A stretch of 30,648 nt of DNA from a virus. Its lineage: Duplodnaviria > Heunggongvirae > Uroviricota > Caudoviricetes. This document shows, piece after piece, positions 8,676 through 17,664 of this stretch (position 1 is the stretch's first letter; each line of letters begins with the position of its first letter). The position numbers and the translations under genes were made by a program. Below the pieces are notes generated by a model, which saw nothing but the letters and a program-made list of their open reading frames with translations, had not been told where the DNA came from and searched no databases. The DNA is taken from the IMG/VR virus record IMGVR_UViG_2608642106_000003. One strand, written 5' to 3'.

Positions 8676-9710
8676 ATGGATAAAAGATATCAGGTTTTTG
8701 TTAGTTCAACTTTTGCTGATCTTGAAGAAGAAAGGCAGGAAGTAATGCAAGCACTGCTGGAGCTTGATTGTATGCCAGCAGGAATGGAATTATTTCCAGC
8801 AACAAATAGTGATCAGTGGAGTTTAATAAAAAAAATAATTGACGATAGTGATTATTATATTGTTATCTTGGCAGGGCGTTATGGTTCAATTGGTCCTGAT
8901 GGAATAAGCTATACAGAAATGGAGTATCGTTATGCTTTGGAAACTGGTAAGCCAGTTATAGGTTTTATTCATAAAGATAAAAGTAACCTCCCCGCAAAAC
9001 GTTGTGAGTCAAACCCTGAAGGCGTAGAAAAACTAAAGGCTTTCGAAGAGCTAGTTAAAACAAAATTATGTCGTTTTTGGGAGTCTCCTGCAGAGTTAGG
9101 TAGCCAGGTTAGCAGAAGTTTGATTAGACTAATTAAAGAATGTCCTGCAATTGGGTGGGTTAAAGGAAATTTAGTAACTAATGATGGTGATGCAAAGGAA
9201 ATATTGAAATTAAAAAGGCGAATTGAGGAGCTTGAAAGTCAACTTGTATCAAGTATGACTGAAGCGCCTGCAGGTGCAGAAAAACTATCTCAAGGAGATG
9301 AGCTTTTTGAATTGGATTATGAATTCTGTGTGTCGCCTACAGAATGGAGACATAATGGTGAAGAATATACCGATAAGGTCAAATTAAGCTGGAACGATAT
9401 TTTTTCATATGTTTCGCCTTTGATGATAGATGAGATAGTGGATGATAAGCTATATAGTGCTTTAAATAACTGTGTGCGAAATGCAGTTCAAGATATCATC
9501 TATGAGGATTTTAAAGATATGAATTTATTATCTTTAAAAGTATCTAATTCTGATTTCCAAACAATAAAAGTGCAGTTTAGGGCGCTTGGGTTAATTATTA
9601 AAAGTGAAAAGAGTAGAAGTGTTAAAGATAAAGGTACTTATTGGACTTTAACACCGTATGGCGAAAATTTAATGACAACATTGAGAGCGATTAAAAAAAC
9701 TTTGGTATAG
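8676..9710 (+). CDS. DUF4062-like N-terminal domain protein, candidate anti-phage effector (cargo)
   Basis: 344 aa; N-terminus YQVFVSSTFADLEEERQEV matches the signature I associate with DUF4062; coiled-coil-like KEILKLKRRIEELESQL; unassigned C-terminal domain; AT-rich. Confidence 0.6.
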   Translation: MDKRYQVFVSSTFADLEEERQEVMQALLELDCMPAGMELFPATNSDQWSLIKKIIDDSDYYIVILAGRYGSIGPDGISYTEMEYRYALETGKPVIGFIHKDKSNLPAKRCESNPEGVEKLKAFEELVKTKLCRFWESPAELGSQVSRSLIRLIKECPAIGWVKGNLVTNDGDAKEILKLKRRIEELESQLVSSMTEAPAGAEKLSQGDELFELDYEFCVSPTEWRHNGEEYTDKVKLSWNDIFSYVSPLMIDEIVDDKLYSALNNCVRNAVQDIIYEDFKDMNLLSLKVSNSDFQTIKVQFRALGLIIKSEKSRSVKDKGTYWTLTPYGENLMTTLRAIKKTLV

Positions 9711-9712
9711 AT

Positions 9713-9746
9713 AACAAAGGCCGTTCATATATGAACGGCCTTTGTT
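9713..9746. terminator. Bidirectional intrinsic terminator between converging cargo gene and portal gene
   Basis: Perfect inverted repeat AACAAAGGCCGTTCATAT/ATATGAACGGCCTTTGTT, followed by GTTTTATTG on plus strand. Confidence 0.55.
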
Positions 9747-10784
9747 TTATTGTGTGGGAAAGCTATATGATTCGAATTTTATAATAACTTTACCAAGCCA
9801 TTTATTTACTTCTTGTATATGCTTTTGCAGTGGTGTTAGCTCATTTCGCACAAAGACGCGGCTGGCCTTCTCCACATCCCCAAACCCCCCGACATTATTA
9901 GGCATAATCCCCATCATTTGCGGCGGCACGCGGTGCGCAGCCATCATGTCATCACGGCTCACGTTTTTGATATTCAGAAACTCATCCTTCGCTGCGACTT
10001 CTGACAACGGGATAATCTGAAGTCCGTCCTTTTTGCCGTTAGGCGAGTACATAAACAGATTGCGGAAGTTGCCAGGGCCTTTGGAGCTTTTCATCGCATT
10101 GCGGAGGTTGTTCACATCCTCCTGGTTCTGCGCGGCATCGGTCATGTACATGATGAAGCCTGCATGACTACCGTTAATGTAATACTTGCGGCGGAACAGC
10201 GTGGCGGATTCGTTGAGCAGGGCTGACGGAATGGCAGAAAGATAACCGGGCAGGCCGTAGATCTCCTGGTTGATGTCCGGTTCCATCAGATGAAAAATAC
10301 TGCCTTTCGTGAACTGATACGGTTGCGTGGTCATGCCGTATTGCACAAACCAGTAGGTATCCAGGTCTAACCCGCGTCGGGTGTATTTTGCCAGGGCAGG
10401 TTCAAGGGCGATAACTTCACCGAAGCGGTTCGTGCGTTTTTCCAGGTAGGCGTTACCAAATACCAGATAGTCCTGCACAAAACGTGAAAACGCCTGCTGG
10501 CTGAGCAACGGGTGAGGGATATAGGTGCTGGTCAGAATATTGCACTTTACTGCAATCGGTGAGCTGTGATGCACGGCGGCGCGGAAGGTTCGCGCCAGTC
10601 CGTCAAAACTCACTGGCGGCTCATACCAGCGATCTGTCTGTACGCATTCCACATAGTCCAGCAGTTCGCGGCGGTCCAGTACTGGAATGGGATCGCCGAA
10701 GCTGAATGCTTCGGCTGAAGTCTGGCTTTTATGCTGGGTCTGGTTCTGCGACGCAGCGCGGTTCTTCTTACTCTTTCCCATCAA
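9747..10784 (-). CDS. Q: Portal protein (P2 gpQ family)
   Basis: 345 aa on minus strand, immediately downstream of and overlapping terminase gene; order Q-P opposite O-N-M-L as in P2. Confidence 0.9.
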   Translation of the reverse strand: MMGKSKKNRAASQNQTQHKSQTSAEAFSFGDPIPVLDRRELLDYVECVQTDRWYEPPVSFDGLARTFRAAVHHSSPIAVKCNILTSTYIPHPLLSQQAFSRFVQDYLVFGNAYLEKRTNRFGEVIALEPALAKYTRRGLDLDTYWFVQYGMTTQPYQFTKGSIFHLMEPDINQEIYGLPGYLSAIPSALLNESATLFRRKYYINGSHAGFIMYMTDAAQNQEDVNNLRNAMKSSKGPGNFRNLFMYSPNGKKDGLQIIPLSEVAAKDEFLNIKNVSRDDMMAAHRVPPQMMGIMPNNVGGFGDVEKASRVFVRNELTPLQKHIQEVNKWLGKVIIKFESYSFPTQ

Positions 10785-12547
10785 AAAATCTCCACAATAT
10801 TACTTGTATTGGCGGACTCGCCCTGCAGTGGTTCGTTAAACAGTGCGTGCATTGTTGCCCAGGCCAGATCGGCGTGGCTGGCTTCTTCGCTGCGGCTGGC
10901 TTCATAGGTCGGGCGGTTGCCGCTGGCGGTGGTGGCGCGACGGATTGCCATAAATGATTGCGCAATGTCGGTGTGCCCGGCGTCAAACTCCAGACGGCGG
11001 TGGCTGATAATGTCGTAGGCCTTGAGTACCAGCGCGTTTTTAACGTTGGGGTTGTAGACAAACTCCCGGACGGCAGGAAAGAACGCTTTCACGTTCTCAT
11101 AAACCCCGTGACCGACGCCGGTCGAGTCGATGCCGATATAGGTCACGTTGTACTGTTCGGTCAGTTTTTTGATGGCGTCCGCCTGGGCGCGGAAGTCCAT
11201 CCCGCGCCACTGGTGACGCTCAAGAATGCGGAACTTACCGCCCGGCACGGCTGGCGGAGCCACCACAACGCATCCGGCACTGTCGCCGTTCTGCGTACCT
11301 TTTGCCGGGTCATAACCGATCCACACCTCGCGCCAGCCAAACGGGCGCAGGGCCAGTGCATGAAAGTCGGTCCAGACTTCCCAGCTGTCCACCATGCACG
11401 CCTGCAGCTCGCTGAGCGGGAACACGGACGCGAGATCGTCCACGAACTCACACATCAGCAGGTTCTGGTATTCGTCCGGGCTGTACTCCATGCGCAACTG
11501 GTCGAGGTCGAACAGGTTACAGCCGCCGCGCACCGCATCTTCCACGGTGACTATCTGGCGGTATTGCCCGTCTGCGCACAGCAGGCCGGGGGCCAGATTG
11601 TTGTGGGACAGGTCGATGTCCACCTTATCGGCTTTGTTGCGCCCACGGTTGAACAGCGCACCGGACCAGAACGGATAAGCACTGTGTGTCAGGCTGGATG
11701 GCGTGGAAAAATAGGTTTGTCGCCATTTTTTGTGAATAGCCATACCGGATGCCACTTTGCGCAGCTCCTGGAATTTCGGTATCCAGAAATATTCATCCAG
11801 ATACAGGTTACCGTGGTAACTCTGGGCAGTGCGGGCATTGGTGCCGAGGAAATACAGTGTGGCCCCGTTGGGAAGCACCATCGGATCGCCTTTCAGCTCC
11901 ACCTCCACTTCTTTGGCAAAGTCGATGATGTACTGTTTGAAGACGTGGGCCTGTGCCTTGCTGGCGGAAAGAAAAATCTGGTTACGTCCGGTAAGCAGAG
12001 CGTCAATCAGGGCTTCACGGGCAAAGTAAAAGGTCGCGCCGATCTGGCGTGACTTCAGCAGATTGCGGATGCGGTTGGTTTTTCCGGCTTCCCACCAGTG
12101 GCGCTGGTAGTTGAACATGGAGGAATGGAAGATTTCTTCCAGCTTCTCAATCTGTTCATCGGTGAAGACATTCTTTTCCGGCTGACGGCGCGGGCCTTTG
12201 TTGCGGTTGGCGACGTTAGGGTTTAAGTCGGCTTCGTTGCCGCCATTGTTAAACTTGCCGATCCGCGCGTGGCGTTCCGACTGGCGCGCCAGCAGGTCAA
12301 TCTCTTTGAAATCTTTCCCTTCTTTGTGCTCCTTCATAATGAGCTGGCAGTAGCGTGCGGCGGTGGTGAGCTGCATCTGATCCAGCGGCCCATAGTCACC
12401 CCACTTGTCGCGTTTTTTCCAGCTGTGAACGGTTGCAACTTTCTCGCCCAGCATTTCAGCAATGCGGGCTACGCGGTATCCCTGAAAGTACAGCAGCATG
12501 GCCTGCCGACGGGGATCGAGATCTGCGGGTGTCAGTGTGGTGTTCAT
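10781..12547 (-). CDS. P: Terminase large (ATPase) subunit (P2 gpP family)
   Basis: 588 aa; divergent from the O-N-M-L operon; ATG at 12545-12547. Confidence 0.9.
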   Translation of the reverse strand: MNTTLTPADLDPRRQAMLLYFQGYRVARIAEMLGEKVATVHSWKKRDKWGDYGPLDQMQLTTAARYCQLIMKEHKEGKDFKEIDLLARQSERHARIGKFNNGGNEADLNPNVANRNKGPRRQPEKNVFTDEQIEKLEEIFHSSMFNYQRHWWEAGKTNRIRNLLKSRQIGATFYFAREALIDALLTGRNQIFLSASKAQAHVFKQYIIDFAKEVEVELKGDPMVLPNGATLYFLGTNARTAQSYHGNLYLDEYFWIPKFQELRKVASGMAIHKKWRQTYFSTPSSLTHSAYPFWSGALFNRGRNKADKVDIDLSHNNLAPGLLCADGQYRQIVTVEDAVRGGCNLFDLDQLRMEYSPDEYQNLLMCEFVDDLASVFPLSELQACMVDSWEVWTDFHALALRPFGWREVWIGYDPAKGTQNGDSAGCVVVAPPAVPGGKFRILERHQWRGMDFRAQADAIKKLTEQYNVTYIGIDSTGVGHGVYENVKAFFPAVREFVYNPNVKNALVLKAYDIISHRRLEFDAGHTDIAQSFMAIRRATTASGNRPTYEASRSEEASHADLAWATMHALFNEPLQGESANTSNIVEIF

Positions 12548-12593
12548 GGCACAAACCTACAGCCTTGAATGAAGGCTTTCCCCGCCTGCGGTT

Positions 12594-12611
12594 TGTGTGG
12601 TTGTCGGTACA
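12594..12611. promoter_or_regulatory. Ogr-type late promoter activator site (TGT-N12-ACA) in the P/O divergent region
   Basis: TTTGTGTGgttgtCGGTACAA, nearly identical to the element at 23408-23425; centre ~87 nt upstream of the O start. Confidence 0.45.
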
Positions 12612-12689
12612 AATACCGCGCATTGTTTCACTGCCCCCATCACCGCAACCATAAGGCTCCAGTAAGTTTTTTCTAACGGAGCACGGCTC

Positions 12690-13523
12690 ATGACAGTGAA
12701 AGTAAAGCGTTTTCGCATCGGGGTGGAAGGTGCCACCACCGACGGACGCGAAATCCAGCGTGAATGGCTGGAACAGATGGCAGCCAGCTACAACCCGACG
12801 GTGTACACCGCGCTGATTAACCTTGAGCACATCAAGTCTTATCTGCCGGACAGCACCTTTAACCGCTACGGCAAGGTGACGGCGCTGTTTGCTGAAGAAA
12901 TCACGGAAGGTCCGCTGGCAGGCAAGATGGCGCTGTATGCCGACGTTGAGCCAACGGAGTCCCTGGTGGAGCTGGTGAAAAAAGGCCAGAAATTATTCAC
13001 CTCTATGGAAGTCAGCCCGAAGTTCGCTGATACGGGCAAAGCCTACCTGGTCGGCCTGGCTGCCACTGATGACCCTGCCAGTCTGGGCACTGAAATGCTG
13101 ACATTCAGCGCCAGTGCAGCCCATAACCCGCTGGCAAACCGCAAGCAGAATCCTGCCAATCTCTTTACCGCTGCAGAGGAAACGGTGATCGAACTGGAAG
13201 AAATCCAGGATGACAAACCGTCCCTGTTTGCCCGTGTCACGGCGCTGTTCACCAAAAAAGAGCAGTCCGATGACGCCCGGTTCTCTGATGTGCATAAGGC
13301 CGTGGAGCTGGTCGCCACTGAGCAGCAGAACCTGAGCGCACGCACCGAAAAATCCCTGTCTGAGCAGGAAGAACGTCTGTCTGAGCTGGAGACTGCCCTG
13401 CAGGCACAGCAGACCGCCTTTAACGAACTGGTGAATAAGCTGAGTCATGAAGACAGCCGCCAGGACTACCGCCAGCGTGCAACAGGCGGTAACGCCCCCG
13501 CTGACACTCTGACCAATTGCTGA
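12690..13523 (+). CDS. O: Capsid scaffolding protein (P2 gpO family)
   Basis: 277 aa; ..FRIGVEG..DGR...INLEH...MEV.P.FA.TGK.YLVGLA.TDDPASLGTE matches recalled P2 gpO. Confidence 0.85.
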   Translation: MTVKVKRFRIGVEGATTDGREIQREWLEQMAASYNPTVYTALINLEHIKSYLPDSTFNRYGKVTALFAEEITEGPLAGKMALYADVEPTESLVELVKKGQKLFTSMEVSPKFADTGKAYLVGLAATDDPASLGTEMLTFSASAAHNPLANRKQNPANLFTAAEETVIELEEIQDDKPSLFARVTALFTKKEQSDDARFSDVHKAVELVATEQQNLSARTEKSLSEQEERLSELETALQAQQTAFNELVNKLSHEDSRQDYRQRATGGNAPADTLTNC

Positions 13524-13539
13524 TGGAGCACAAAACCTG

Positions 13540-14598
13540 ATGAAGAAGAATACCCGCTTTGCTTTTAACGCTTACCTGCAGCAGCTGGCGCGTCTGAACG
13601 GTGTGGCAGTTGAAGAACTGTCCAGCAAGTTCACCGTGGAGCCGTCTGTGCAGCAGACGCTGGAAGACCAGATCCAGCAATCCGCCGCTTTCCTGACGCT
13701 GATTAACGTCACGCCAGTGACCGAGCAGTCTGGTCAGCTGCTGGGGCTGGGTGTTGGCAGCACCATTGCCGGAACCACTGATACCACCGCAAAAGAGCGT
13801 GAGCCTGTCGATCCGACGCTGATGGTCGATGTGGAATACAAATGCGAGCAGACCAACTTTGACACGGTGCTGACCTACGCGAAGCTGGACCTGTGGGCGA
13901 AGTTTCAGGATTTCCAGGTGCGTATTCGTGACGCGATCGTGAAACGTCAGGCACTGGACCGCATCATGATCGGCTTTAACGGCGTGAAGCGTGCGAAAAC
14001 CTCAAACCGTAGCGAAAACCCGCTGCTGCAGGATGTGAATAAAGGCTGGCTGCAGAAAATCCGTGAGGATGCACCGGATCACGTCATGGGCAGCACCACC
14101 ACGGGCGGTGAAACCACACCGGGTGCGGTGAAAGTCGGGAAAGGTGGCGAATATGCCAACCTGGACGCCGTGGTGATGGATGCCGTCAATGAGCTTATCG
14201 ACGTGGTCTACCAGGACGATGACGATCTGGTGGTGATTTGCGGTCGTGAACTGTTGTCTGACAAGTATTTCCCACTGGTCAACAAAGAGCAGGAAAACAG
14301 TGAAAAACTGGCTGCCGATATGATCATCAGTCAGAAACGCATGGGTGGCCTGCAGGCCGTGCGTGCGCCGTTCTTCCCGCCGAATGCACTGCTGATCACC
14401 CGTCTGGATAACCTGTCCATCTACTGGCAGGAAGACACCCGCCGCCGTTCAGTTATCGACAACCCGAAACGTGACCGGATTGAAAACTTTGAATCCGTTA
14501 ATGAAGCCTATGTGGTTGAGGACTACCGCTGCGCCGCACTGGTGGAAAACATCCAGATTGGTGATTTCAGCGCCGCCGCAGCCGAAACCGGAGCGTAA
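13540..14598 (+). CDS. N: Major capsid protein (P2 gpN family)
   Basis: 352 aa; extensive identity to recalled P2 gpN (TRFxFNAYL...KFTVEPSV...ISQKR.G.L.AVR.P.FP). Confidence 0.9.
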   Translation: MKKNTRFAFNAYLQQLARLNGVAVEELSSKFTVEPSVQQTLEDQIQQSAAFLTLINVTPVTEQSGQLLGLGVGSTIAGTTDTTAKEREPVDPTLMVDVEYKCEQTNFDTVLTYAKLDLWAKFQDFQVRIRDAIVKRQALDRIMIGFNGVKRAKTSNRSENPLLQDVNKGWLQKIREDAPDHVMGSTTTGGETTPGAVKVGKGGEYANLDAVVMDAVNELIDVVYQDDDDLVVICGRELLSDKYFPLVNKEQENSEKLAADMIISQKRMGGLQAVRAPFFPPNALLITRLDNLSIYWQEDTRRRSVIDNPKRDRIENFESVNEAYVVEDYRCAALVENIQIGDFSAAAAETGA

Positions 14599-14601
14599 TC
14601 C

Positions 14602-15252
14602 ATGAGCCTGAGTCCCGCACGGCAGCATCGCCTGCGCGTTCAGGCTGAACAGGCCGCCCGCGAGGGCGGCAGTGTTCGCCACGCATCGGGCTATGACCTG
14701 ATGCTGCTGCAACTGGCGGAAGACCGCCGCCGTCTCAAGGGCGTTCAGTCCACGGTCAAAAAAGCGGAAATCAAGGTGGAGCTGCTGCCGAAGTACGCCG
14801 CCTGGGCAGAGGGTGTCCTGGCTGCCGGAGGCGCTCAACAGGATGACGTGCTGATGTACGTGATGCTGTGGCGCATTGATGCCGGAGATTATGCCGGGGC
14901 GCTGGAGATCGGGCGTCATGCCCTGCGTCATGGCTGGGTGATGCCGCTGGGTAACCGCAACGTGCAGACCGTGCTGGCAGAGGAAATGGCAGACGCCGCG
15001 CAGAGCGCAATGCTTGCCGCCACCGGCTTTGATGCCGATCTGTTGTTGCAGACGCTGGAGCTGACAGACGGTCTGGATATGCCGGACCAGTCACGGGCGC
15101 GTCTGCATAAAGCGATTGGCGCTGTCCTGAGTGAAAGCAATCCGGCTTCCGCCCTTAATCATCTCAACCATGCGTTACAGCTTGATCCCCGCTGTGGCGT
15201 GAAAAAAGACAAACAGCAGCTGGAGCGCAGACTGCGCAATGACAGCCGCTGA
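14602..15252 (+). CDS. M: Terminase small/endonuclease subunit (P2 gpM family)
   Basis: 216 aa; matches recalled gpM (..QDD.LM.VMLWR.D.GD.AGALEI..); starts 3 nt after N stop. Confidence 0.85.
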   Translation: MSLSPARQHRLRVQAEQAAREGGSVRHASGYDLMLLQLAEDRRRLKGVQSTVKKAEIKVELLPKYAAWAEGVLAAGGAQQDDVLMYVMLWRIDAGDYAGALEIGRHALRHGWVMPLGNRNVQTVLAEEMADAAQSAMLAATGFDADLLLQTLELTDGLDMPDQSRARLHKAIGAVLSESNPASALNHLNHALQLDPRCGVKKDKQQLERRLRNDSR

Positions 15253-15347
15253 CAGAACGTGCCCCCGCGCACGGGCGGCACGGGGTGGCGAAAGGCACTG
15301 CCACATCAAAACCCCGTCCACCGCCCTCTATTTCAGGAGAAAGCAGC

Positions 15348-15812
15348 ATGAAGTTTGTTGCGCCAGAACAGGCACCGGAACAGGCGGAAATCATCAGAAA
15401 TACGCCGTTCTGGCCTGATGTGGACCTGTCGGAGTTTCGCAGTGTCATGCGCACTGACGGCACGGTGACGCAGCCGCGTTTAAAGCAGGTTGCGCTGTCG
15501 GCAATTTCGGAGGTCAACGCAGAGCTGTATGAGTTTCGCAGACGTCAGCAGATGCTGGGGTATGTGTCGCTGGCTGAGGTTCCGGCGGAACAGCTGGACG
15601 GCAAAAGTGAGCGCATTCAGCACTATTTCAACGCGGTTTACTGCTGGGCACGCGCCATGCTCAACGAACGATACCAGGACTATGACGCCACGGCATCCGG
15701 TGTGAAGCGAGGCGAGGAACTGGCGGAATCCAGCGGTGATTTGTGGCGTGACGCCCGCTGGGCCATCAGTCGGGTGCAGGATGCGCCGCACTGCACAGTG
15801 GAGCTTATCTGA
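15348..15812 (+). CDS. L: Head completion/stabilisation protein (P2 gpL family)
   Basis: ATG 15348 after AGGAGA; ..NAELYE.R...DELWRD.RWA..R.Q..P.C.V; the ORF-track start at 15285 is a GTG. Confidence 0.8.
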   Translation: MKFVAPEQAPEQAEIIRNTPFWPDVDLSEFRSVMRTDGTVTQPRLKQVALSAISEVNAELYEFRRRQQMLGYVSLAEVPAEQLDGKSERIQHYFNAVYCWARAMLNERYQDYDATASGVKRGEELAESSGDLWRDARWAISRVQDAPHCTVELI

Positions 15813-16015
15813 TGAAAGTGCGTGCGCATCAGTATGACACGGTGGACGCGCTTTGCTGGCGTCATTACGGGCGCACGCAGGGTGTCACGGAGCAGGTACT
15901 GAAGGCAAATCCGGGGCTTGCCGAATATGGCCCCTTTTTACCTCACGGGCTGCAGGTGGAGCTGCCGGACATTCCGACCACCACCACCGTGCAGACCGTC
16001 CAGCTATGGGACTGA
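15812..16015 (+). CDS. X: Tail protein X (P2 gpX family)
   Basis: 67 aa; ..D..DA.C.R.YGRT.GV.E.VL.ANPGLAE.G..LPHG..VELPD; overlaps L stop (TGATG). Confidence 0.8.
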   Translation: MKVRAHQYDTVDALCWRHYGRTQGVTEQVLKANPGLAEYGPFLPHGLQVELPDIPTTTTVQTVQLWD

Positions 16016-16018
16016 ATT

Positions 16019-16234
16019 ATGACGCTTGAGCGAATCAGCGCCTTTATCACGTACTGCATCGCCGTTGTGCTGGCCTGGCTGGGCGATTTGTCCATCAAGG
16101 ATGCCTCAACGCTGGGCGGCCTGATGATTGGTGTGCTGATGCTGGCTATCAACTGGTACTACAAACACAAAGCCTACCAGCTTCTGCGCGACGGGCAGAT
16201 CTCGCGGGAGGACTATGAATCCATCAATCGTTAA
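16019..16234 (+). CDS. Holin, two-TM pinholin-like
   Basis: 71 aa, two hydrophobic helices, charged C-terminus; immediately upstream of and overlapping the endolysin gene. Confidence 0.6.
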   Translation: MTLERISAFITYCIAVVLAWLGDLSIKDASTLGGLMIGVLMLAINWYYKHKAYQLLRDGQISREDYESINR

Positions 16235-16727
16235 ACGCTGCCTTGTCGGGGCCGTGCTGGCTATTGCTGCCACGCTGCCGGGGTTTCAGCAGCTTCACAC
16301 CTCCGTGGAGGGGCTGAAACTGATTGCCGATTACGAAGGCTGTCGTCTGCAGCCGTATCAGTGCAGCGCGGGCGTCTGGACCGACGGCATTGGTAACACG
16401 TCAGGCGTCATTCCCGGCAAAACCATTACGGAACGACAGGCAGCAGAAGGACTGATTTCCAACGTGCTGCGTGTGGAGCGGGCGCTGGAAAGGTGTGTGA
16501 AACAACAGCCGCCGCAGAAGGTATATGACGCTGCGGTGTCGTTTGCCTTCAACGTGGGAACGGGCAATGCCTGCAGTTCCACGCTGGTGAAATTACTCAA
16601 TCAGCGGCGCTGGGCGGATGCGTGTCGACAGTTGCCGCGCTGGGTTTATGTAAAAGGTGTTTTTAATCAGGGGCTGGATAACCGCCGTGCGCGGGAGATG
16701 GCCTGGTGCTTACAGGGAGCAAACTGA
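16215..16727 (+). CDS. Endolysin, GH24 lysozyme with N-terminal signal-anchor-release (SAR)-like segment
   Basis: 170 aa; weakly hydrophobic Gly/Ala-rich N-terminus (KRCLVGAVLAIAATLPG); E...D...T catalytic spacing (VEG...GVWTDGIGNT). Confidence 0.8.
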   Translation: MNPSIVKRCLVGAVLAIAATLPGFQQLHTSVEGLKLIADYEGCRLQPYQCSAGVWTDGIGNTSGVIPGKTITERQAAEGLISNVLRVERALERCVKQQPPQKVYDAAVSFAFNVGTGNACSSTLVKLLNQRRWADACRQLPRWVYVKGVFNQGLDNRRAREMAWCLQGAN

Positions 16728-16728
16728 A

Positions 16729-17106
16729 ATGAAAAAGAAAGTAATCAGCGGGCTGTTTCTGATGTTATGGATAGATCTGTTAATCGCCGTAATGGTGTAT
16801 CCGCAGGGGATTTTTCCGGTACTGGCAGCATCTGGTGTCTGGGTAGCCTGTCTGCTGACATGGGCAGTAATTCCGGTATCACTGGCTGCGTTAATTAAGA
16901 ACGGCCCGCTCTGGCAGGAGTTGAGGGCATCTTTGCTGAAGACAATTACCCGAAAAGAAAACGTATTTATCAGCTGGATGATGCGATTGCTGATTGTCGT
17001 CAGTCTCGCCTGGACGGGGTGGGCTATTACCCTGGTCTTTTTTCTGCTGACCGTTATTGCCTTTTGGATGACCCGTAATCAGATTGCGCAACAGGTATCA
17101 GCATGA
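16729..17106 (+). CDS. Lysis-associated membrane protein (LysA-like)
   Basis: ATG 16729 after AGGGAG; ~125 aa, four hydrophobic segments; between endolysin and spanin genes. Confidence 0.5.
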   Translation: MKKKVISGLFLMLWIDLLIAVMVYPQGIFPVLAASGVWVACLLTWAVIPVSLAALIKNGPLWQELRASLLKTITRKENVFISWMMRLLIVVSLAWTGWAITLVFFLLTVIAFWMTRNQIAQQVSA

Positions 17107-17531
17107 ACCGGTTGCTGCTGGTTGTGCTGGCGTTATTACTGGCGGCGCTGGGCTGGCAGACGTGGCGGCTGGCTGGTGCCAGCCAGACCATCAGCACGCA
17201 GGCAGACGAGCTGCAGAGCAAAAGCCAGGCACTGGCAAAGAGCAACAGCCAGCTTATCAGCCTGTCCATTCTGACTGAAACCAATAACCGGGAGCAGGCG
17301 CGGCTCTATGCCGAAGCAGAACAGACCAGCGCGCTGCTGAGACAACGACAACACCGGATCGAGGAACTGAAACGTGAGAACGAGGATTTACGCCGCTGGG
17401 CTGATACTACTTTGCCTGCTGACATTATCCGGCTGCGGGAACGTCCGGCACTCACCGGAGGTACGGCTTACCGTCAGTGGTTGTCCGCGAGTGACGCCGT
17501 GTCGGCTGGATCAGGCAACGCCGCGCACTAA
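17103..17531 (+). CDS. i-spanin (LysB/Rz-like)
   Basis: 142 aa; N-terminal TM helix then coiled-coil-like periplasmic domain; contains the embedded out-of-frame o-spanin gene. Confidence 0.6.
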   Translation: MNRLLLVVLALLLAALGWQTWRLAGASQTISTQADELQSKSQALAKSNSQLISLSILTETNNREQARLYAEAEQTSALLRQRQHRIEELKRENEDLRRWADTTLPADIIRLRERPALTGGTAYRQWLSASDAVSAGSGNAAH

Positions 17532-17664
17532 CGGTGATCTGAACGCGTTGCTGGATGAAACGGAGGCCGCCTGGGCGGTCTGTGCAGACAAAGTGGACAT
17601 GATTATTGCGTGTCAGGAGCGAAACAGTGAACAAACCACAATCCCTGCGCCACGCACTCAATAA
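17374..17664 (+). CDS. o-spanin lipoprotein (LysC/Rz1-like), overlapping the i-spanin 3' end in another frame
   Basis: GTG start; lipoprotein signal with lipobox LTLSG|C (MRTRIYAAGLILLCLLTLSGC); Pro-rich mature region. Confidence 0.55.
   Translation: MRTRIYAAGLILLCLLTLSGCGNVRHSPEVRLTVSGCPRVTPCRLDQATPRTNGDLNALLDETEAAWAVCADKVDMIIACQERNSEQTTIPAPRTQ

Noticed and set aside
10958-12052. 364-aa ORF on the plus strand inside the terminase gene P region
   Set aside because: Antisense to a well-supported conserved gene; GC-rich DNA gives long spurious antisense ORFs; no RBS context or recognisable protein.
12548-12689. Second TGT-N12-ACA dyad for the leftward P/Q late promoter
   Set aside because: Only one exact dyad exists in this intergenic region (12594-12611); no second match found by eye, so none is reported.
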